Source: Eledone cirrhosa (lineage: Eukaryota). From it: 64,000 nt of DNA. This document shows positions 53,801 to 64,000 of this stretch, piece by piece; the stretch's first letter is position 1; the number at the start of each line of letters is the position of its first letter. The stretch is taken from NCBI GenBank assembly GCA_964016885.1, contig OZ024740.1:266786001-266850000 (forward strand). The letters are read 5' to 3'. A program made the translations under genes and the position numbers. The notes beneath the pieces are model-generated. The model worked only from the letters and a program-made list of their open reading frames with translations. It was not told the origin of the DNA and ran no database searches.

Positions 53801-54493
53801 ATTTTGGGATGCATAGATTTCGTATTTCCTAGCACTGAAAATATGTAAGAACATACATTGAATTAAGATACGGAAAATATTATATGTTTCTTGAAACATA
53901 TATTTACTTTGATCCCCTTCTCCAAACCCCCCCTTTCCCCCATACTATTATCATCTGTTTTTGTAAGCGTATATGTATGAATATATGTGTAGGTGGGTGT
54001 CTATATAGGTTTTGGTATTTATTTCTAAATATAAAAATACATATATGAGCATGTAAATATGAATGTAAGATTGAGTGTGTATATATGATTGTACATACAT
54101 ATGTATGTATATATATGTATATATATGTATTATATATGTATGTGTATGTGAATGTGTGGTATGTATATGTGTATGTATATGTATATATGTGTATGTATGT
54201 GTATGCTTGTATATAGGAATATATATATGTGTATATATGTATGTATATGTATATGCGTGTTTGTATGTATGTGTATATGGGTTCTGTATATATTTGTATG
54301 TCTCTCTATTTATATGTTTATCTTCGTATCTATGTGATATATGTGTGTGTGTGTGCACGTATGCATATGTATGTGTTTGTGTGTGTTTGTATGTGTGTGT
54401 GTATATATATATGTATTTGCGCACACTCACATACACATATATATATATATATATGTGAGTGTGTATGTGTGTCTGTGTGTGTGTGTGTGTGTG

Positions 54494-54536
<43 letters not shown>

Positions 54537-54703
54537 ATATATATAGATATATATATATATGTATATATATATATATGTGTATATAGGCGTCTATGTGTGA
54601 ATATATGTCTTTATTCGTATGTGTGTATTTATGTATGTATATATTTAGGTGTTTGTATGTATGTGTATGTATGTATGTGTATATATATATATATATGTAT
54701 ATA

Positions 54704-54740
<37 letters not shown>

Positions 54741-55049
54741 TATTCTTTATTATTATTGTAATATAACTTATGTGTATATGTGTATAAGTGAGGTTGTGTA
54801 TGTATATATACTGTGTGTATATATAAGAGTAATGAAAAATATATATATATATATATATATATATGTGCATGTCTGTTTTTTATGTGTGTGTATATATATG
54901 TATGTATGTGTATGTGTGTGTATGTATATATATATATGTGTACGTGTGTGTGTGTGGATATATATGTATATATATATATATATATATACATGTGGGTGTT
55001 TGTATGTGTATTTATGGTGGTATGAGTGTGGGGATATATATGTTTGTAT

Positions 55050-55081
<32 letters not shown>

Positions 55082-55102
55082 GAGTCTATGTGTGTGTGTA
55101 TA

Positions 55103-55143
<41 letters not shown>

Positions 55144-55209
55144 ATGTGTGTATGTGTTGCGCGTGAGTGTGTGTGTATTTATATCTTTTTATATGTGTAT
55201 GTGTATGTT
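50822..55209 (+). mobile_element. Second, inverted copy of the same PLE; has about 400 bp more 5' RT sequence, a nonsense codon at 52069-52071 and a +1 frameshift near 52730; runs into the assembly gap
   Basis: ORF 50827-52071 (LKDHKSNF, RLICPSKSDIG, QFDIDNYYSSI, GLYRDD). 51220-55209 is the reverse complement of 46814-50790. Confidence 0.9.
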
Positions 55210-55409
55210 NNNNNNNNNNNNNNNNNNNNNNNNNNNNNNNNNNNNNNNNNNNNNNNNNNNNNNNNNNNNNNNNNNNNNNNNNNNNNNNNNNNNNNNNNNN
55301 NNNNNNNNNNNNNNNNNNNNNNNNNNNNNNNNNNNNNNNNNNNNNNNNNNNNNNNNNNNNNNNNNNNNNNNNNNNNNNNNNNNNNNNNNNNNNNNNNNNN
55401 NNNNNNNNN
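55210..55409. other. Assembly gap (200 N)
   Basis: Run of N; true length unknown. Confidence 1.
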
Positions 55410-55561
55410 TTCAACAACAACAGCAACAGCACGTGCTATGTTTGGTGTCTAAATTACAGATTTATAAAATTTCTCTTGTGGGGAAAAAGTGATGTATTTT
55501 CATTTTCACGTGGAATGTATCAGTAACATAATAACACAATAACACAGATACACGCACACGC

Positions 55562-55689
<128 letters not shown>

Positions 55690-55789
55690 AAGTAGAAGGG
55701 AGAGAGAACGTGAGATGGGAGACACACATACATGTACGACACACGCACGCACCAAACTGGGTGCCTGAGTTTAGCAATTCGATTTATAA

Positions 55790-55872
<83 letters not shown>

Positions 55873-56047
55873 CAATATAAACGGAGAAAGCTATTAGCGA
55901 TAATCCGACCAATTTCCAACTCACTCGATAAACATTAGGAAATACCGGAGTATATTCCCAATTAAACGTTTGGGGTACTAACTATATTGTATTGTGTGGG
56001 TAATTGGCTGTATTATTTTATATGAGATATATATATAATATAATATA

Positions 56048-56114
<67 letters not shown>

Positions 56115-56201
56115 ATATAATATAATATATATATATAGATATATATAATATAATATTATATATATATATATATATATCTATATATATATATATATAATAT
56201 A

Positions 56202-56284
<83 letters not shown>

Positions 56285-56367
56285 ATATAATATAATATAA
56301 TATAATATATATATATAGATATAATATATTATATATATATATAATATAATATATATATATATATATA

Positions 56368-56416
<49 letters not shown>

Positions 56417-56721
56417 TAAAGCAAAGAGAAGACAGAGAAGAGAAAGAAGAGAGAGAGAGAGGAGAGAGAGAAAGCGAGAGAGAGAAAGAGGGAGAAAGAG
56501 AGAGAAAGAGGGGGAGAAATGATATCACACCCACACACGCACTCATAAACCTTACCACTTCACACGTGAATATATATAATTTCGAAATATGCTTAAAGTA
56601 AAATATTGATTTGTGTTCATAACATTCTCAAAAATACTCCGATCAGCATCATCGTCATTATCATCGTCAGTATCATCATCATCATTGTCATCATCATTAT
56701 CATTGTCATTATATTTGCTGT

Positions 56722-56912
56722 AATAATTGTTTCTACTTTTGGCACAAGGCCAGCAATTATCCCAGCGTATTACTGGTGTTTTATCATATCGACTCCGTAA
56801 GGATGAAAGGCAAAGTTAACTTCGGCGGGATTTGAACTCAGATCATAAAGGGACGTAACTATGCTAGAAAGCATGGCATCCGACCCTCTACCGATACTGC
56901 CAACCCACGTCC
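56722..56912 (-). mobile_element. Full-length SINE copy with target-site duplication
   Basis: Flanked by ttgctgtaataat on both sides. Confidence 0.85.
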
Positions 56913-57129
56913 ATTGCTGTAATAATAATAGTAATAATAATGATAATGATGCACATAAACACCATTGACATCATCATCATCATCATTATCATCATCATCA
57001 TCATCACATGTATGATAATGTAGACTCTATTGATAAGAATAACACAACAGTATCAGTGACAAAAAAGTTGGTCCCTCACATTTTCAGTTAAAACGTTATA
57101 TAACCTCCTGTTGACAATTGTAACTACAT

Positions 57130-57860
57130 TAGTGACAACAGTAGCAACAACAACAGCAACAACAACACATCATTAACATCAACAACGGCAACAACAGTAA
57201 CAACAACACTAGCAACAACAACGACAGTAGCAACAACATTAACATTAACAACAACAGTGACAACAACAGTAACAACAACAACAGTAACAACAACAACAGT
57301 AATAACAACAACAGTAACTATAACACTAACAACAACAACAATAACAACAACACTAGCAACAACAACAACAACAGTAGCAACAACAGTAACACAAACAACA
57401 ACAGTGACAACAACAGTAGCAACAACACTAGCAACAACAACAGTGACAACAACAGTAACACTAACAACAACAGTGACAACAACAGTAGCAACAACAACAG
57501 TAGCAACAACAACAGTAGCAACAGCAGTACCATTAACATCACCAACAACAGTAACTATAACACTAACAACAACAACACTAACAACAACAGTAGCAACAGT
57601 AGCAACAACAGTATTAACAGCAGTATTGACAACAACAACAACAACAACAGCAACAACAGCAGCACCAACAGAACCATTAACATCACCAACAACAGTAACT
57701 ATAACACTAACAACAACAACACTAGCAACAACAACAACAGTAGCAACAACAGTATTAACAGCAGTATTGACAACAACAACAACAACAACAACAACAGCAC
57801 CAACAGAACCATTAACATCACCAACAACAGTAGCTATAACACTAACAACAACAACAGTTA
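57130..57860. repeat. Compound (ACA/ACAGTA) microsatellite with higher-order repeat
   Basis: AAC-rich triplets with a repeated ccattaacatcaccaacaacagtaactataacacta block. Confidence 0.85.
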
Positions 57861-58004
57861 GTTACATTACAATAGCAACATTAAACACGCACACTCTTTT
57901 TCTATTATTTCAAGCGCTAAACTAATATATTTTTCATTGTACCGTGTTTTTTGCTTTGTTATATCTATTTACTTTTTACACACACACACATACACACAAA
58001 CACA

Positions 58005-58091
<87 letters not shown>

Positions 58092-58099
58092 CGCCTGGA

Positions 58100-58172
58100 T
58101 GACGAAAATCGGGATTGAACAGGGGACCCTTAGATCTTCAGTCTAACGCTCTCCCAACTCAGCTATTTTGAC
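58100..58172 (-). pseudogene. tRNA-Phe(GAA) pseudogene
   Basis: Minus strand gtcaaaatagctgagttgggagagcgttagactgaagatctaagggtcccctgttcaatcccgattttcgtca is collinear (73 nt) with eukaryotic tRNA-Phe and has an intact GAA anticodon arm. Acceptor, D and T stems carry mismatches. Confidence 0.8.
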
Positions 58173-58413
58173 TATATACGTATTGAGTACCTTTCTGTGG
58201 TTACCCCCGATTGAACCCGGGATAAACATATCTATCTATCTATCTATCTATCTATCCATCTGTGATAACATTTTACACGTTTTTATTGTATGTAAACTTC
58301 CCTCTTTGTATTTGTCCCCTTCTTTTGTGCCCCTGTGGCTAATAAAGAAATATATCTATCTATCTATCTATCTATATATATATATCTATATATATATATA
58401 TATATATATATAT

Positions 58414-58460
<47 letters not shown>

Positions 58461-59042
58461 TGTGTGTATGTGTGTTATCTATGTATGCACACATGTATGT
58501 ACGTACGTATGTATGTACGTATATATGCATGTATAGATAAACAAATAGATAAACAGATAGATAGATAGGTAGATAGATAGATAGACAGATAGTTTGTTTC
58601 TGCCCCTCCCAGTCCCTAATAAAAGTTGATGTTCTTTGGTTGGTATCAGTTTCTCCCCGACCCCCTCCCTGTCTCCGATGATTTCACACCCAACCACTTC
58701 GCCACTTGTTCCTCCCCCTCGTCTTTGTTCTTTGTCTCACTCTCAGCCTCTTTTGTGTCTTTCCTTTTCTTCGTCGTTCTCGGGGCCGTAATTTTCGCCT
58801 GGTCCCTGGGACCCCACACAGCGCGTCTCATTTTTACAAGAACCCAATCTACATCATCTCCGCTACCACCGCCGCCACCAGCAGCACCACCACCACCACC
58901 AGCACCACCACCAGCACCACCACCGCCACCGCCGTCGCCGCCGCCGCCGCCCAATTTTACTACCGCAGCTCCCACTGTCCCCATAGCATTGGCAACGGTA
59001 ATCTTAACTCGCAGGTTTATCGTAAACAGCAGCAGCAGCAAT

Positions 59043-59080
<38 letters not shown>

Positions 59081-59536
59081 GTGGCAAATGGTGGAAGGAG
59101 GAGGAGATAGAAGCAGAGAAATTGACAACTGAGTAGGAGGTGACGTGAGAAGCGCTTTATGCAAGGGGCACAGCTGTAGTAATAGTGTTACTTATACAAG
59201 AGGTACTTACACAAGACAGGAGATTTACCAACGTAAGAAAAAAAGGTACACACCCATATATATATACATATGCACAAACATACACACATATCATATATAT
59301 TTATATACATACATTCACACTCACACTAGACACACATACATACACACACACACATATATATATATGTATATACGTGTGTTGTAGTGCACCTGAGCACTGT
59401 ACACAAACAAGCACCAGTCACAACAGAATGGATAACATAATCTACTGCATTCATTCATAAAACATCTGCCACATTCAGCACTACCGTCGATATCATCGTT
59501 AATATCAATACTACCATCATCATACTTTCCAGTTTG

Positions 59537-60565
59537 CATCACTACCGGCACCACCTCCATCACCACCATCACATCCAACACCACCACCACCACCACCACC
59601 ATCAAAGACTGCTCAACATCACTACCGGCACCACCTCCATCACCACCATCACATCCAACACCACCACCACCACCACCACCATCAAAGACTGCTCAACATC
59701 ACTACCGGCACCATCTCCATCACCACCATCACATCCAACACCACCACCACCACCACCACCACCATCAAAGACTGCTCAACATCACTACCGGCACCATCTC
59801 CATCACCACCATCACATCCAACACCACCACCACTACCATCATCAACGACTGCTTAACATCACTACCGGCACCACCTCCATCACCACCATCACATCCAACA
59901 CCACCACCACCACCACCACCATCAACGACCGCTCAACATCACTACCGGCACCACCTCCACCATCACAGCCATCACATCCAACACCACCACCACCATCAAA
60001 GACTGCTCAACATCACTACCGGCACCACCACCATCACATCCAACACCAGCACCACCACCATCAACAACTGCTTAACATCACTACCGGCACCACCTCCATC
60101 ACCACCATCACATCCAACACCACCACCACTACCATCATCAACGACCGCTCAACATCACTACCGGCACCACCTCCATCAACACAATCACACCCAACACCAC
60201 CACCACCACCATCAACGACTGCTCAACATCACTACCGGCACCACCACCACCACCATCACAGCCAACACCACCACCATCAACGACTGCTCAACATCATTGT
60301 CAATACCAACACCATCACAACGAACACCACCACCACCACCACCATCAACGACTGCTCAACATCCCTACCAACAACACCATCACCATCAACGGCTGCTCAA
60401 TATCACTACCGCCACCACCACCATCACCATCACAGCCAACACCACCACCATCAACGACTGCTCAACATCACTCCCGCCACCACCACCACCACCACCATCA
60501 CCATCACAGCCAACACCACCACCATCAACGACTGCCCAACATCACTGCCACACCACCACCATCAT
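59537..60565. repeat. CAC-rich minisatellite, unit about 55-85 bp
   Basis: Repeated catcactaccggcaccacctccatcaccaccatcacatccaac(acc)n atcaa(a/c)gactgctcaa. Confidence 0.9.
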
Positions 60566-60685
60566 TATCTGCTGGCAACAGAACCGGCATTACTTTCCGT
60601 GCTCACGCCACCAGCGCCTCATGCTGCCGACACCAACGGCACCAACACAAGCAAGTGACAAAGATTTGTAATAACGACCCCTCCA

Positions 60686-60764
<79 letters not shown>

Positions 60765-61014
60765 ACAACTTCTAACTAAAGGAACAACCGTAAGCAGCAT
60801 CCCTATCATCATCACAAACACCAGCAGCGCAGCCATCCGAAAACAGAGAAGAAGGGGAAGAAGAAAAGGGAGAAGATACAGTAAACACGTAGAATAACAT
60901 CGGTAACGGAGCACACGATTTGAATTTCTGCCAAGTTCCAGAGTTTTAACAGAGCAAGGAAGACTCATGGAAACACCGGGAGGCATTGGTAGCAAGTTAA
61001 TGCAATAAAAGAAG

Positions 61015-61074
<60 letters not shown>

Positions 61075-62558
61075 AAAAAAAGGAAACATCAATCGCCGCC
61101 ATATTTAAGCCTGGTCTGTCACCTTCTTTCCTCTGCGTGACAGCGTGAATCTCCAGTCCATTGAGAAGTTCTCCCGCCGTCATCTAGTTCAGTTGCATTG
61201 CTTTTGGTCTGCTTGTATTGTCTTTCAACAGATGGCTTTGATATTATTATTGTCAACAACGGTATTGAGGCACTCATCGCAACCACCATTGTCACTGGCA
61301 ACAACAACAGAGACAACATAGACAAACAAACAAAACAAAAAAAAAAAAAAAAAAACAAACAAACAAACAAACAAACAAACAAACATTGAAATAAAATAAA
61401 CATAAACATCAACAAAAACAACACAGACGTATTTGAGTAGAGGGGGGAAATTCTGGGTTGTTAAAATCAAATAATCTATATCTTGTCTTTCGTTCTCTCC
61501 CTACCGTATTACAATCACAATCTCCAACACCGCTACCATCAGCTACCCTCACCATCACAAGCACAAACGCAGCCACCACTAACAACACAATTACCATTAC
61601 CACATCCACCACCCATTACCAATCACAACCATCATCACCATATTACATCACAGTGAACTTTAGTAATGATTGCATAAACAAGATTTTTTCCGCCACCACG
61701 ACTACCACCGAAACCACCGACACCACCACTGTTCCTATCATTATCATCACTATGATCATCAACAACATCTTTACCTCCCATTAGGAAAAGCCTCTCCAAG
61801 AATCAGAACAAAAATAAACAAAAGAAAGGTAAAAAAAGAAAGCAAGAAAAAATTTGAAAAGAAAGAAAAAAAAAAATCAAAAGAAATCAGACTAAAACGT
61901 CAAAAAATAAGCAGTCAGGAATGATGACAGCAACAACAATAACAGCTACAACAACAATGACAACAAAATAATAAAACTCTGTAAAACATTTACATATAAA
62001 AAAAATAATCATCAAGAACATTTACAAGGAACAAGTGTAAAAAACACGCTTAAAAACAGCAACAATAGCATCAACATCAATAACAAGACCAACATTAAAA
62101 CTACCACGAACAATAACTATAAAAACAACAACAGCAGCAGCCTTAAGAACAGTAAGAAGAAATAGTCAGATCAACATTATCAAATCTTTTAAGTGTAACC
62201 ACTGAAAAAAAACTTATATAACACATCAATTAGGCATTTTTGTTGGAGGCTGGCATCGGCGGAGCAGCTTTATCAATTAGATGAGAAAATAAAAACAAGA
62301 AGAATCACTAGTTCCCGTCACGACCACAACCACCACCCGACCACCACTACCACCACCACCACATCCATCACTACCTCACCACCAACACCATTCCACCATT
62401 CCATAACGACGGCGGCAGCGACGACAATAACAACAACAACAACAACAACATTTTGACAGGAAACAGCACTGGCAGTAGTAGCAACGACTGGAGCAAAGCA
62501 CTCTTTACGGCAGTGTTTGTGATTGTCTTTCTGCTTTAGGGACCACCCCGCAGTAGCA

Positions 62559-62799
62559 ATGAGCAAAGACGAAGCTATAGAGATGAAACCTGCTTATCTG
62601 GGACCTGTATATACCAACGGGTCTCAGGTACAGCTAGACAGCGGTTCGAGACCGACCGAAGTAAAAACGGGCAAAGACAAGGTTTACGTTCGTGACCAAT
62701 GGGATGGAAAAATCAACTTTGTTCTCTCCTGTGTCGGCTATTGCATTGGACTTGGGAATGTTTGGCGGTTTCCCTATTTATGTTATAAAAACGGAGGAG
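62559..62799 (+). CDS. First coding exon of an SLC6 sodium/chloride-dependent neurotransmitter transporter (GABA/taurine/creatine-like); gene continues beyond the window
   Basis: [10 protein letters not shown]...[37 protein letters not shown] carries the SLC6/SNF TM1 signature. Phase-1 donor G|GTGAGT at 62800 and a possible upstream acceptor tttctgctttag at 62539. Confidence 0.92.
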
Positions 62800-64000
62800 G
62801 TGAGTACAACCATTTCTATTTAAGTACACAATTTTGTTTCAAGAAACCACAACACAAGATCTAACCAAATCTTTTTTAAAAGTGAATGAATTGCTATTTT
62901 GTTGATATATTTTACCTCAGTAGAAATCATTTCATTTAAATATTGGAGCAAAACATAGTAACTTATTGTTCCAACGCGTCTCCCTCACCGTCCTCTGGGG
63001 CAATGTATTCTCCATCCAGTTGGCTGGGACCCAGAGGTAGAGGGTAAGTTAGTTCGGACCTCACTTTCTATTTCTTTAAAAATCTCTCTATTTATTTACT
63101 TATTGTATTCATTTTAGTGTAGATTAGCAGAATTCTTAGTGTCAGACAAAATACTTTGTGGCATTTAGTTACGGCTCGTTATGTTCTGAGTTCAAATCCC
63201 ACTTAGGTGTACTTTGCCTTTCATCTTTCTGGGGCCAATAAAATAAAGTACCAGTCACTTACTGGGTCGTACAGGTAGCTTGGTAGACCCAGTTGGGTTG
63301 TTGGCTTTGTGTGTAAAATTAGAAATCATTATTTTTAATGCACTGGGTTAACTTTGCCTTTCATCCTTACGGGGTCGATAATATAAAGTACCAGTAATGT
63401 ACTGGTAATTGCTGGTCTTGTGCCAATAGTAGAAACAATTATTATTGTTAGTGTTGCCACATGGACTCTTGTCGTTAATTTAAGAAATCATTTTTATTGT
63501 TGCTTAGGGCGATGTTGGTAGAATCTTTAGAGTGTTCAAAACAAGGTTTTGTAGTATTTCATTTTGGCCCTTTAAGTCCAGAGCATATCCTGTTGAGGTC
63601 GAATTTCCTTTTCATCTTTCCTGGGTCGATAAACTAAAGTACTAACCAAGTATTGGTGCTAATATAATTGACTGTTTCCTCCCATCAAATCTCTGACTTT
63701 GTGTCTATGCGATAGATTGTTATCAGTATGCGACATTTTGTTACGGACATTTATCTTCTGAGTTCAAATCATGCCGAGATTAACTTTGCTTTTCATCTTT
63801 CTGGGGTCAATAAAATAAAGTACCAGTCATATACTGAATCGATATAATCGACGTTATCCTCCCGCCAAAATTTCTGAAATAATAATGTTAATAATGACCT
63901 GGCAAACACATCTATTGGTATCTCTCCAATTCTTCTTTTAGCAGCACTCGGGGATACTTTCTATATAATAGAGTAAGAAGAACAAACGAGAAATGTTAGC

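Noticed and set aside
57257-57925. Thr-rich mucin-like ORF
   Set aside because: Compound AAC triplet microsatellite with a GTG start and no convincing splice sites or flanking domains.
59534-60658. 374 aa His/Thr/Pro-rich ORF
   Set aside because: A CAC-rich minisatellite with unit lengths not multiples of three, so the same repeat is read in all three frames. It starts at TTG and shows no sign of frame selection.

Overview
AT-rich, microsatellite-saturated animal genomic DNA. The repeat content (Nin-domain-like tRNA SINEs, RTE LINEs with (GAT)n tails, Penelope-like elements) suggests a mollusc, probably an octopod cephalopod; this is inference. Host coding sequence is sparse: two spliceable exons of an NRF-6/O-acyltransferase-like gene (19076-23376, +) and the first coding exon of an SLC6 neurotransmitter:sodium symporter (62559-62799, +), plus a tRNA-Phe pseudogene. 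The rest is mostly transposons: several RTE-type LINE copies with a PHD-like Cys/His insert in the RT, a head-to-tail chain of non-autonomous Helitrons, many SINEs, and Penelope-like elements (RT + GIY-YIG). The most striking structure is a recurring back-to-back arrangement of Penelope-associated sequence. There is an 8.4 kb near-perfect palindrome of a PLE (46814-55209) and two short palindromes (425-2072, split by a Helitron, and 43123-43337) that are each a divergent pair of type I hammerhead ribozyme motifs. A further PLE-terminal hammerhead family has a very long stem II (44185-44326, 45958-46112). Most of the other ORFs in the track are microsatellite translations. All folds and alignments were done by eye.
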